Part shown: positions 36,822 to 46,692 of the stretch, one piece after another
Layout of the letters: every line of letters starts with the position of its first letter
How positions within the stretch are numbered: position 1 is the first letter of the stretch
IMG/VR virus record: IMGVR_UViG_3300042323_000878
Span: 1 to 55,988 of that record
Length of the DNA stretch: 55,988 bases
Reading direction: 5' to 3' (one strand)
Source of the DNA: a virus
Lineage: Duplodnaviria > Caudoviricetes
Notes under the pieces: model-generated
Databases searched by the model: none
What the model was told of the DNA's origin: nothing
The model's input: only the letters and a program-made list of their open reading frames with translations
Program-made: the position numbers and the translations under genes

Positions 36822-37225
36822 GCCGCAGCGGATATTCAGAAGACTTAGACGAATGGGCGCTGATCAGGTATCGCGGCCAAGTGGCGTCAGCCACACGCGG
36901 TAAACGCGGCCAAGCACTGCTCAGGGAAACCCTGGCCGCGCTTGATGCCATGCCGGTAAAGGTGCTTATCAGTCACGAGCTAATTGCAATTGCAGATGGC
37001 GCGTTTTGCACGCTGGGCGTTGTGGGCAAGCAGCGCGGGGTTGATCTTACGGCGCTTGACCCAGAAGACATTGAGCGTGTTGCGCAGCAGTTTGACATTG
37101 CAGCCTGCCTTGCGCGAGAAATCGTTTATGAAAATGATGAGGGTGGGGATTACAAAGAATTACCACATCAACGCTGGGTGCGTATGCGCCAGTGGGTTGC
37201 GCAACAAATTAAGGAGACAACATGA
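36818..37225 (+). CDS. Conserved phage hypothetical protein
   Basis: MSRSGYS.D...W..IR.RG.V.SA.RGKRGQA.L...LDAMP family. Confidence 0.7.
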   Translation: MSRSGYSEDLDEWALIRYRGQVASATRGKRGQALLRETLAALDAMPVKVLISHELIAIADGAFCTLGVVGKQRGVDLTALDPEDIERVAQQFDIAACLAREIVYENDEGGDYKELPHQRWVRMRQWVAQQIKETT

Positions 37226-37550
37226 AAACCCTCACCGAACTGATGGAGTTAGCTGATGCTTATGCGGAGGCGGTGGCTCAACGCACGCTAGTAAGGCGCG
37301 CCAATACTCACGCCGACCTAAAAGCCTCGCTGGCCGAAGTCTTTGCAGAGAACGAGCGACTAGCCGGTGAGCGTGATGCAGCTATTGCAGAGCGTGATGC
37401 TTTGAAGGCTGATGCTGAACGCTTGGATTGGTTTGAAACCCAAGGCATTTCCTATGGGTTTGAGGGCGTGCTTGAAGGAAACAGATGGGGAATATGCGGC
37501 CCATTCACAACGCTACGGATTGCTATCGACGCCGCAATGAAAGGAACATC

Positions 37551-38690
37551 ATGAATAAACCAGAACCACTTACGCCAGAGCAGATTGCAGTTTTTGCAAA
37601 GCTAGACGCGCCCTATGCCGAAGCATTATTAAATGCCCGTGATGCTCAGTGGGTTGAGATGCTGAGTAAGCAGGAGCCGGTGGCTGAAATTGAACTGGAC
37701 GCCGTGGATTTGGAGGAAGAAATGTTTGACGCGGCAGTTAGTTGGTGCGAATCAAATGGCATTATTGTCTTTGAGCCAGAACAACTGGGATCTTTGGTGA
37801 GTACGCTATTTGTCACGGTGCGCGATGCAGCACCACAGCAGACAAAACCATTTGACTTAATGGTTATCACCACAGCCTATGAGCAGGGCGTCGGCAAGGG
37901 CATCAAGCGTGAAAATTCCAACCCATACCAGAACGACACAGATGCTCACGCAGCTTGGCAGATTGGCTACGAAGAAGGTGAAAGCAAGCCAGCACCACAG
38001 CAGGAAAACATCCAAGCACTGCTGAAAAAAGCAGCTTATGAAGAAGAAAATCTCGCTGCAAGAAAAACAGTCATAGCCTTGGGGTACAAATACCACGGTG
38101 GAGAGCTTTGGAAGCCTCCCCTTGGGTCTTTGCCACAGCAGGAGCCCAAGTACAAGGTCACCGTTGTCGATGATCAGCACCCTAACGGCGTACCGCTGGC
38201 GCAGTGGTGCAACCCACAGCAGCCAAACCATACCGAGCATCCCCTCGAAATGGTGCGCAAGCCTTTTGGATACGTTACTCCAGGCGGGGAATTCCGTAAA
38301 ACACCCGAAGCTGCGAATGCTTATGAGTGGGGACAGAAGTTTATCGCTGTCTATACATTGCCGCAGCGCAAGCCGTTGACCACCGAGGAAATCCTCAAAT
38401 GGTATGCATCAGAAAACGGCCTTGAGGATATGTACATGGCAAAACTTTCCGATTTTGAAACGATGGTGCGAGCTGTTGAAAAAAAGCACAAGATCAAAGA
38501 CGCCAGTGTTGACCATATTCCTGACGCCACGAAAATGGTGCGTCATCCTCAGATAAACGGGTGGATCAAAAAGAGCGAACTTGACCAAGCCAAAAAGTTT
38601 GGAGGCTCTATAAACCTATGGCTTGAGCGCCATGATTGTGATACCAGGGTGTTTATTGACGCCGCGCACGGCATTAAGGACAACACATGA
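37551..38690 (+). CDS. Mosaic early protein built from PQQ-bounded segments
   Basis: ATG 37551 overlaps the upstream stop. Four exact CCACAGCAG copies internally. Confidence 0.65.
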   Translation: MNKPEPLTPEQIAVFAKLDAPYAEALLNARDAQWVEMLSKQEPVAEIELDAVDLEEEMFDAAVSWCESNGIIVFEPEQLGSLVSTLFVTVRDAAPQQTKPFDLMVITTAYEQGVGKGIKRENSNPYQNDTDAHAAWQIGYEEGESKPAPQQENIQALLKKAAYEEENLAARKTVIALGYKYHGGELWKPPLGSLPQQEPKYKVTVVDDQHPNGVPLAQWCNPQQPNHTEHPLEMVRKPFGYVTPGGEFRKTPEAANAYEWGQKFIAVYTLPQRKPLTTEEILKWYASENGLEDMYMAKLSDFETMVRAVEKKHKIKDASVDHIPDATKMVRHPQINGWIKKSELDQAKKFGGSINLWLERHDCDTRVFIDAAHGIKDNT

Positions 38691-39371
38691 AAATTTGCCC
38701 AAAACACAACATTGTCTGCGCGAATGTGCCAGTGCAGGAACAATGCACGGCTTACTGCAGCCCTTATTTAAGCGCACCAAAAGCAACAGCAGTTTTTGGC
38801 GTTCCACCTGTCATGACCGTTGCCCCAAACCCAGAAATTGCCTCACGAGATATGACCCTGCGCCAATATGCGGCTATCAAACTGAAAGTTCCAGACTCAG
38901 GAATAGATTGGCTAGACGAAATGATCACTAAAAGTTTGTGCGATGATTTTGCTGCGAAGGCGATGCAAGCTATTTTCTCAACAGTTCCGCACTTGCAATC
39001 CATTGATCCGGCTTTGGCCTCTATCGAATCCTACGAAATTTCTGATGCAATGATGGAGGCAAGGAAATGACTGAACAAAAAGAATTTGAACTGGTGGCTA
39101 GGGCTGCTGGGTACCCGCAAGGTCGCAGTAGGTCTGGCAACGGAATGCTTATGGCAAACGATTTGTATTGGAACCCCAAACTAGACGACGGGGATTCTTT
39201 CCGGCTGATGGTGAAGATGGGCATTGCTTTTTGCGCTGATAAAACAATTGCCCGAGCCGCACAGGCAATTGCGCCGTATAAAGTGATTACTGAGCAAGTG
39301 GCCGATGATGAATGCGCCGCCGCTCGTTTAGCAGTTTGGAACTGCGCTCTTGAAATTGCAAAGGGGATGAA

Positions 39372-39785
39372 ATGAAACACCATGCTTGGAACGACACCTA
39401 CAGCTTTGAAATGTCTGATCTTATTGGCCGCGTATTTAAAACGGCTATCGGCGGTATCGGTGCAGATACGCTAACACTGTCGTGCGATGAAGGCGATTTT
39501 GTTTTCCACCACGATCAGAACTGCTGCGAATCAGTCAGAATACAAGACATCACCGGTGATCTGACTGACCTTCTGGGCAGCCCTATCACTTTGGCAGAAG
39601 AAACCACAAGCTCAGAAGCGCCTGAAGGTCTGGAGCGCAACACCGCATACATAGAGAGCGAGACTTGGACTTTTTACAAACTCGCCACTATCAAGGGTTA
39701 TGTTGATATTCGCTGGCTCGGTGAAAGCAATGGCTATTACAGTGAGAGTGTTGACCTTAAATTTATTCCACGGAGGGAAGAATGA
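39372..39785 (+). CDS. Conserved phage hypothetical protein
   Basis: H.Q.CCESV.I.DI.GDL.DL.G.PI..AEE...TWTFYK.AT.KGYVDIRW.GESNGYYSESV. Confidence 0.75.
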   Translation: MKHHAWNDTYSFEMSDLIGRVFKTAIGGIGADTLTLSCDEGDFVFHHDQNCCESVRIQDITGDLTDLLGSPITLAEETTSSEAPEGLERNTAYIESETWTFYKLATIKGYVDIRWLGESNGYYSESVDLKFIPRREE

Positions 39786-41660
39786 GAAGACTTTTATTTG
39801 CAGCAGCACGAGGCGCTAGGATTGAGGCCAAGTCGGGGAGCGAATGGTGTCCGGCGCTTTCTTTGCCGTGCTGGATTCACGACCCCGTCTACCGCATCCA
39901 CCCAGATGACGAGCACCTGCAGTATGGGCCGGTTAGCACAGAGATAAAGACAATGGCTTGCCAACACCATTGGCTGAAGCAGCGTTTTATACCCAGCTTA
40001 GCGCTGGATGTCATCCTGCTAACTCCCTATGCAGACCGTTGGATGACTACATGGGGGTCTCAATCGCCGTTTGAACGGTCGCTTGCGCTGCTGATCTTGG
40101 CTGAAGCACTTGCAGACGAGGGGCTATGAACAAGCCCAAACCGCCAGAAGTCATCCATGACCTGTTTGCCAAGGCCGTGGAAAAAGAAGTCGTCCGAGAA
40201 ACTCGACGGCTCAACAAGCGCATCACAACGCTTGAGCGGCAAGCAACCCAACTGCGTGCGACGCTGCTGGAGTACAGAAACCACATGTCCCGCTACCAGA
40301 AAGAACTCAGGGAGTTTAGATCAATGATGAGAAGAGGAGAATTGGTATGATTCTGCAACTTTACAACGGGGAACGTCTTGCTATCAAAATAAGCGGCTCC
40401 TCTATTGGACTCCGTGTGGAAAGCGTCACCCTTAACTTGCATGATATGCGCGACTTGTTGAACATGGACGCAGGCGAACTGCGCGAATTCATCGGCACAT
40501 TGTGCACAAGGTTTGTGCCAGCACAGGCGAACGAAAAGCACGGTTGCCACGGAGGGGAAAATTCTACCCTGCCACAAAGGCAGTGGGTAGGGTTGACGGA
40601 TGAGGAAATCTACGCACTCTGCTCAGACTTTCACAATTGGTCAGAGTGGGACGGCGGTCGGTTTCAGAAAAAGTGGCTTGATTTAGGCAGAGAAATCGAA
40701 GCAAACCTTAAGGAGAAGAACACATGACGCCTTCAGAGACGCTGCACATAGACGCAGCGAGATATGCAACAAATCGCAAAAACGCTTATGCCGAAAGAAT
40801 GAAACGAAAAGAAGTCGCTCGTGTGAGCGAAGAAGACCTCAATGGAATTTGGCTTGCTCATTATGAAGGTTATCGGGAAGGCTATTGGGTAGCAACAGGT
40901 GATACACGGTTTAGCACCGACCCCGGAACGGTTGCAGAAACCAAACTCAAGGAGAAAAACACATGAACGCATTTCACTGGAGAGGCAAACCGAGCATCTT
41001 CTGCTACGGCAAGGACGCGTATTTCTTGACCAACAAGCACATCGAGAACGTGCACAAGCAGTCACTTTCTAGGAAGCCCAACCCTGTCTCGCTAGAAAGC
41101 GGCTCTGTGCACTTGGAGCCGACCATGCTGCGCCGCCCCAAGGCGGTCGACAAGTTGTTGTCCGGTGGTGAATTAGGGAGGAAGAAATGAGCGAACACAC
41201 AGAAGTAGACTTTTCGACTTGGGGGCAAGGAACTCTGGCCAGGCTTGCTGCAGAGTTGCACAAGGAGAACAAGCGCTTAAGCACGCTCAACATCGACCTG
41301 CAGCAAGCCAACCTCCAGCTCCAAAGCGACCTCAAGGACGCGATGGCCGAGTTGCGCAAAACCATCAAGGATCAAGAAACCATCGACGAGCTGTTCGACT
41401 TGCACGCTGGTGCGCATGATGGTAGACTTTCCAAGGTCGACGCCCCGGCTTTCCTGAAGTCTGTTTTATCATGACAAAGCCCATTGCGCCCGTTTGGGAA
41501 TACATCTCTGAGCTTTTGGGGGCCGGGTTGTACTGGGGCAAGTCCCAGGACGAGTTGTTGCTGGCCATAGCTCGGGCTAAGGCGGGTGGACGGAAGGACG
41601 CGGCTGACCACCTCCGCACCATCCTCAAGAACCGCAACCGGGTGATGTTTGAGGATGCCA

Positions 41661-41696
41661 AAAAAGAACCCTGACCAGTTGCCGGGCCAGGGTTAA
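41661..41696. terminator. Possible terminator at the convergence of early and virion gene blocks
   Basis: aaccctg...cagggtt hairpin with an A-run on its left (U-tract for minus-strand transcripts). Confidence 0.45.
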
Positions 41697-41734
41697 GGAT
41701 CGATGTCAATCGATCAAGGGAGACAACCAACGAA

Positions 41735-43708
41735 TCACTTCAAGGTCTTGAGGTAATCCTCTATGCCCATAGAGCCAGAGTCGACCGGTGCGCTCGCAGC
41801 GTCGTCAATGCTTTCTTGAGGGGCTTCGGTTCCTTGCGGGGACGGCCAGACCGCAGACGCGGCCCCAGTCGTCAGTCCTCGTTCTGTCGCCCCTGCCGCA
41901 AACGCTTTTGGTCCAGCGCCAGCAGCTTGCTCTTCAAGCAACTTGACGACCGCAGCGACGTCTTTCGGGCTTTTAGACATCAGCATCTCAGAGAGCTTGT
42001 CTGCTGTTTGTTCGCTCATAGAAGCGTTGCGCGTTGCGCGGCTCGCCAAGTTGGTGAGCGAATTCCAAAAGCCTCCCGATATCGCATCTGCCACAGCGCT
42101 GCCGATGCCTTGCCCTTCTTCGAACTGCTTTTGCATCTCAATCCGTTGGCCAGTTTGCGAGCCGCCTAGGATGCGGTTAGATTGATTGAACAATTGCGAC
42201 TCGCGCTCCAGCGCTGACTTGAACAAGTTGAATTGCGCAGGGTTGTCGAACAAAGGTTGCAACTTGGCTTGCATCTCGGGAGAGCCGATGATCCGTTGAG
42301 CCGCGTTCATGTTGCCCGATGGGCCCATGATTTTGCCGTACAAGTCTCGAGACACCCCTGTGCGGAAAGCTTCTTTTTCTGCAGGGCCCATGCCTTTAAC
42401 TAAGTTGACGACCTGCTCATGGTCCAGCTTGTTGAAGTCGTTCATCCCTTTGCGCAAAGCATCAATCACCTCCATGTCGCCTGCGTAAGCTTGTCGTGCA
42501 AATTGGTAAGCCGGGACATTCTCGTCGATGGCGTTCACAAAAACCTTGCGCAAGTCGCGCAAAGCGCTGGCCTCTGCCGTGCTCATGCCTTTGCCTTTGT
42601 AAGCGTCGTCGATGGTCGCGTCGATGCCGCGCTTGATGTAATCCAGTGTGCGCACGTCTGGTGTCTGGACAGATTCCACGATTGTGTTGCCTGCCCGGTC
42701 TTTGCCTAGCTTGTAGATCTCAGGCAGCATATATTTTGCCGGGTCTTGCCCACTGAGCTTTGCCGCCATGGCTTCTTTGTTGGCGATTGCTTTTGCTTTT
42801 TCGAAGAACCCCGCAAACTCAGGGTCTTGAAGCACTTGCATGATCCGAGGGTCGTCGACTGCGCCGTGCGCGTATGCGTCGTCGTAGACGGTTTTTGCTC
42901 CTGCGCGCAGCTCAGAAACCAGTCGTTGCTCGTCGTCGTAGAAGTTGCCGGGCTTGAGCGCGGCGGCGACTTGCTGGTGAGTGCGTTCCTTGGCTCCGAG
43001 CTTTTGGTCTGTCAGCGCTTTTTCTATCCGCAAAGAACCGGCCCCAGACCTTTGTGCGACGGTTTCTGCGAGCTTGGCTGTGCCGGGGGAGGTGTTGGCA
43101 ACAACCGAAGGCACGCGCATCGAGGTGTCTTGCCGCATCATCTTTTCAATTTGCTGAGGGGTTGCGCCGGTTTGCGCGAGGGCGGTGTTGAGCTTGCCGG
43201 CAGCGCGGTTGGCGATGAATCCCTCTGTCGGAGCCAACCGCTCCCGCAACCACGTCGCTCCTGCACTAGCGCCTCGCACCACGGGAGCCGCTGCTGCGCC
43301 CATAGCACCACCCAAGGCAGCGCCCGAAGCCGCTCCAGTGCCCCGTTGGCCTTCGGTCGCTGTGCCTGCACCGGAGACGCCGCCAGCCAGTGCGCCCAAC
43401 CCGCCCAACTTCGCTGCAGCAATTGCTGACGTCCTGCTGAGTTGATTCACACCGAGCGCTTGTCCGCCCGGCACCATCATCATCGCAATTCCCGGAGCCG
43501 CGCCGCCCACGAATTCAGAAGCTCCGGAGGTGAATGGGTAGTTCTTGGCGTAATCTCCATACTCAGAGCGGATCTTGGCGACATTTTCTTCGTATGTGCC
43601 TTGTCCGAGCTTGGACCGCAACCAAGCTTCCGCCTCGTCGCCCCAACCCATGCCGAGTCCTTGCCCAAGAACGGCACGAGCTGTGTTTTTGCCAAAGTCT
43701 GCCATCAC
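41735..43708 (-). CDS. Putative DNA ejection / internal virion protein
   Basis: 657 aa, Ala/Gly-rich N-terminus (QGL..GWGDE) and LDY.KRGID...GSQT motifs seen in podovirus injection proteins. Confidence 0.65.
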   Translation of the reverse strand: MMADFGKNTARAVLGQGLGMGWGDEAEAWLRSKLGQGTYEENVAKIRSEYGDYAKNYPFTSGASEFVGGAAPGIAMMMVPGGQALGVNQLSRTSAIAAAKLGGLGALAGGVSGAGTATEGQRGTGAASGAALGGAMGAAAAPVVRGASAGATWLRERLAPTEGFIANRAAGKLNTALAQTGATPQQIEKMMRQDTSMRVPSVVANTSPGTAKLAETVAQRSGAGSLRIEKALTDQKLGAKERTHQQVAAALKPGNFYDDEQRLVSELRAGAKTVYDDAYAHGAVDDPRIMQVLQDPEFAGFFEKAKAIANKEAMAAKLSGQDPAKYMLPEIYKLGKDRAGNTIVESVQTPDVRTLDYIKRGIDATIDDAYKGKGMSTAEASALRDLRKVFVNAIDENVPAYQFARQAYAGDMEVIDALRKGMNDFNKLDHEQVVNLVKGMGPAEKEAFRTGVSRDLYGKIMGPSGNMNAAQRIIGSPEMQAKLQPLFDNPAQFNLFKSALERESQLFNQSNRILGGSQTGQRIEMQKQFEEGQGIGSAVADAISGGFWNSLTNLASRATRNASMSEQTADKLSEMLMSKSPKDVAAVVKLLEEQAAGAGPKAFAAGATERGLTTGAASAVWPSPQGTEAPQESIDDAASAPVDSGSMGIEDYLKTLK

Positions 43709-44934
43709 TCTGCCTCCTCAGACTGGGCAGGGCTTGTGTCGCGGTAAACACCTGCGCTGACGTCCGATAAACGCTTGGCCGCGCGAGCGCGAGAAGTCTT
43801 GAGTGCTTTGTATGCGTTGGCCATGATGGCTTTGCGCTCTTCTATTGTTTTTGCTTCCAAACCTTGCACAGCCATGAGCGCCTTGCGTTCGTCGTTGGAA
43901 ATTGCTCCGGGGAAGGTCTCTTTCAACTGAGACAAAGCCGCTTTTTGCAACAAATTTTCCATCGTGCGAGTGTTTTCGAGCTTTTTGTCTTTGGACCCAA
44001 CAGCTTCCAGCGCGACGCGTTGTGCTTTGTCGACAAGAGAGGCGTCGAACGTGTTGGGGTTAAGCCGGAAAGCCTGATCCAAGCCGACCAGCGCCTGATC
44101 GACTTGCGCGACATGGTCTTCCGTTTCTCTTTTCAGCTGCACTTCTTTGGGTGTCAGTTTTTTGCTTGCCTCTTGCTGCGCCGTCATTTTTTCTTTGTTC
44201 AGCGCGAGCGTTTGTCCGGCAATTCCCGTCATCATGGCCTTGTACCAGTCGCCTTTTTCTAGGTTAGCCTTTATGTCTTTTTCCACAAAGGCATTGTACT
44301 CAGGTGTTCCGGGTTTCAAGCCGCTGTCTGCTGCACGCTTGCCAGAGTCTGACTGAGGTTTGCCAGACGCAAGGTATTGTTCCATCATCTTCACTTCGCG
44401 CGCGCGGTTGTCACGCATTTCTTCGCTCGCCAAGGTACGCACGGTGGCGAGGTCTGTGTTCGCCGCGTCTACCCGGTTTTTCGCGCCTGCTATGCCTAGT
44501 TGCATCTTGGCCGCGCGGTCTGCCGACTGAGCCGCGCGCTCTTCTTTCTTGAACTCTGCCATCGACCCTGCCGCGCCAGCCAAGCTCTCGCTGAACGCGC
44601 CTGTCCTTGTCGGTGCGCCGAACGCTGCTGCCAGCCGAAAGTACATCTCAGCCTTGGACGGGCCGTTGCCGGGTTGATTGAGGGCTTGCGTAATCATGTT
44701 GTTGAACGAGTCTGTTTCTTTTTTTGCAGCTTCACGAGCAGACCGGACTTCGCCGCCATAGTCGTTGGTGCGCGGTTGGGCCATGTAAGCCTGAAACATT
44801 GCACGGATGTCGGGTGCAGCGACAGGCGCGCCTTTGGGCGCGGCGGCCACTTCCTGTCGCTGCATAATCACGATGTCTGACGGCTTTGCGCCAGTCATGT
44901 CGTATTTTTCTGCCAATTGCTCGAAATCTTCCAT
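43705..44934 (-). CDS. Putative DNA ejection / internal virion protein
   Basis: 409 aa, helical, GAISN.E motif, in the ejection-protein block. Confidence 0.6.
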   Translation of the reverse strand: MEDFEQLAEKYDMTGAKPSDIVIMQRQEVAAAPKGAPVAAPDIRAMFQAYMAQPRTNDYGGEVRSAREAAKKETDSFNNMITQALNQPGNGPSKAEMYFRLAAAFGAPTRTGAFSESLAGAAGSMAEFKKEERAAQSADRAAKMQLGIAGAKNRVDAANTDLATVRTLASEEMRDNRAREVKMMEQYLASGKPQSDSGKRAADSGLKPGTPEYNAFVEKDIKANLEKGDWYKAMMTGIAGQTLALNKEKMTAQQEASKKLTPKEVQLKRETEDHVAQVDQALVGLDQAFRLNPNTFDASLVDKAQRVALEAVGSKDKKLENTRTMENLLQKAALSQLKETFPGAISNDERKALMAVQGLEAKTIEERKAIMANAYKALKTSRARAAKRLSDVSAGVYRDTSPAQSEEAE

Positions 44935-44946
44935 GGTGGATCCTTT

Positions 44947-46692
44947 TTAGCTCAATAGCCCTTTGCCGATGGCCATGCCTGATGCGATTTGCGACAAAGG
45001 CGAAGGCGAGTAAGTTTGTCCTGTGCTGGAAGACTGGTTGGTTTGCACAGAAGGCGTTATTGGCGCCATGCCGCGAACTTGGGTGCTGAGCCAGTCCAGC
45101 GTTGTCTTCGGGTAATCGCGCTGCTGCAAAAACTGATTGTAAGCAGAGTCGGCTTGTCGTTGCGCGAGAGACTGCATACCTTGTCCTGCCGCGTCCAACG
45201 ACGCAACATCTGCACTCCGCATCGATTGCCCTGCGCGCGCCAAGTCGGACAACGTGCCTGTGGCTTGTTGTTGCCGAGCCAAGTCGCTTTGCGCCGCGTT
45301 GAGTCCTTGGTAAAAACCAGACTGCTGTCGATTCAGGTCGGCTTGCTCCGCGTTCATGCCTTGGTACAAGCCAGATTGTTGCCGGGCCAGCGCAGCTTCA
45401 GCCGCGCTGAGCGCTTGTCCGTAGCCTTGTTGTTGTCGGCTGAGGTCGGCTTGCGCTGCGGTCAGTCCTTGCCCGTAACCTTGCTGCTGGCGTGCAAGGT
45501 CGGCTTGCGACAGACCTGCTCCTTGGTAAAAGCCTTGCTGTTGCCGGGCCAAGTCGGCTTGTGCCGTGGACATGCCTTGTGTGTAGCCTTGCTGTTGGCG
45601 TGCGAGGTCGGCTTGTGCAGCGGTCAACCCTTGTCCGTAACCGGCTTGTTGTCGAGCCATATCAGCTTGTGCCGCTGACAAGCCTTGTCCGTAACCGGCT
45701 TGCTTTCGGGCAAGGTCGGATTGTGCCGCCGACAAGCTTTGTCCATACCCTTGTTGCAACGCTTGCGACTGCTGTCCGAGAATCGAATCTTGCGTATCGC
45801 GCAATGCTCGTGCACCAAACTCCCCCATGCGGCTAGAACCAAACTGCCCTGCGCGCACAAAAGAGTCAGACACACCGGGCAACAAAACCTCGTTCAAGTT
45901 GCGAGCGCCCAGTTGCGCAATTCTGTCTGTGACAGCTGCGTTGTAGGGGTTCATGTAGTTGCCTACTTGCTGATAAGCGTCTTGTTGCGTTTCAGGAGCT
46001 AGGTAATTCCCGCCAAAGGCTTTTTGGTTCGTTTCGGGCGACAAATAATTACCGCCGAACGCTTGCTGTTGAGACGCAGGCGACAAATAATTACCGCCGA
46101 ATGTTTTTTGCCCTGCGTCCGGCGAGAAATAATTACCGCCCAAAGTTTGCTGCCCTGTGGCCGGGGCCAAGTATTCGCCGCCAAACGCTTGCTCGCCAGC
46201 TTGCGGCGAGAGGTACGAGTTGCCGAACCCGCCGAACGCTTCTCGCTGGTTGGAAATGGGATTGTAGTTTCCTTTAGCGGCTTTCTGATAAGTCTGCGGA
46301 GCCAAGTAATCCCCTCCGACCAAGTCGCTCGCGCTCTTACCAGCCATCGCCTGCATCCCGCTGAGAGATTGCTGATAAGCCGGGTTCCATGCGCCTGCGT
46401 TTTGTTTTGTGGCGTCATAAGCTTGCGATTGCAAGGGGTCTGCACCTGCAACCAAGCTCCCCGCGTAACCTTCGTACGGTCTTTGCGCAAGGTTCGTGGA
46501 CCACTGGATCTGGTTGTAGATGGCGTCTTGCATCCACTTTGGCGTCTCTGTTGTGGAGGTGACGTAAGAGGTGGCTTTGTTGGGTGCGCCTTGGAATAGA
46601 GATGCTGCCATATTGGATCCTGTGTTTGTGGGCGCGGTTGGGCCCATGTTCTGCGCCTTAGCCAACTGTTCGTCTAAGTAAGCGGAGGGCAT
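44947..46692 (-). CDS. Putative DNA ejection (pilot) protein with internal tandem repeats
   Basis: Gln/Gly/Ala-rich, AGQFGSSR motif, 14-aa and 18-aa repeat arrays. Confidence 0.65.
   Translation of the reverse strand: MPSAYLDEQLAKAQNMGPTAPTNTGSNMAASLFQGAPNKATSYVTSTTETPKWMQDAIYNQIQWSTNLAQRPYEGYAGSLVAGADPLQSQAYDATKQNAGAWNPAYQQSLSGMQAMAGKSASDLVGGDYLAPQTYQKAAKGNYNPISNQREAFGGFGNSYLSPQAGEQAFGGEYLAPATGQQTLGGNYFSPDAGQKTFGGNYLSPASQQQAFGGNYLSPETNQKAFGGNYLAPETQQDAYQQVGNYMNPYNAAVTDRIAQLGARNLNEVLLPGVSDSFVRAGQFGSSRMGEFGARALRDTQDSILGQQSQALQQGYGQSLSAAQSDLARKQAGYGQGLSAAQADMARQQAGYGQGLTAAQADLARQQQGYTQGMSTAQADLARQQQGFYQGAGLSQADLARQQQGYGQGLTAAQADLSRQQQGYGQALSAAEAALARQQSGLYQGMNAEQADLNRQQSGFYQGLNAAQSDLARQQQATGTLSDLARAGQSMRSADVASLDAAGQGMQSLAQRQADSAYNQFLQQRDYPKTTLDWLSTQVRGMAPITPSVQTNQSSSTGQTYSPSPLSQIASGMAIGKGLLS

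Larger units (their letters stand above)
33260..41674 (+). other. Array of about 25 small, translationally coupled early/accessory genes, mostly hypothetical
   Basis: Chain of ATGA overlaps (e.g. 34039, 34314, 34820, 35218, 35559, 35765, 36085, 36231, 36818, 37222, 37551, 38687, 39067, 39372, 39782, 40126, 40347, 40724, 40963, 41187, 41471), mostly with purine-rich SDs. Confidence 0.8.
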
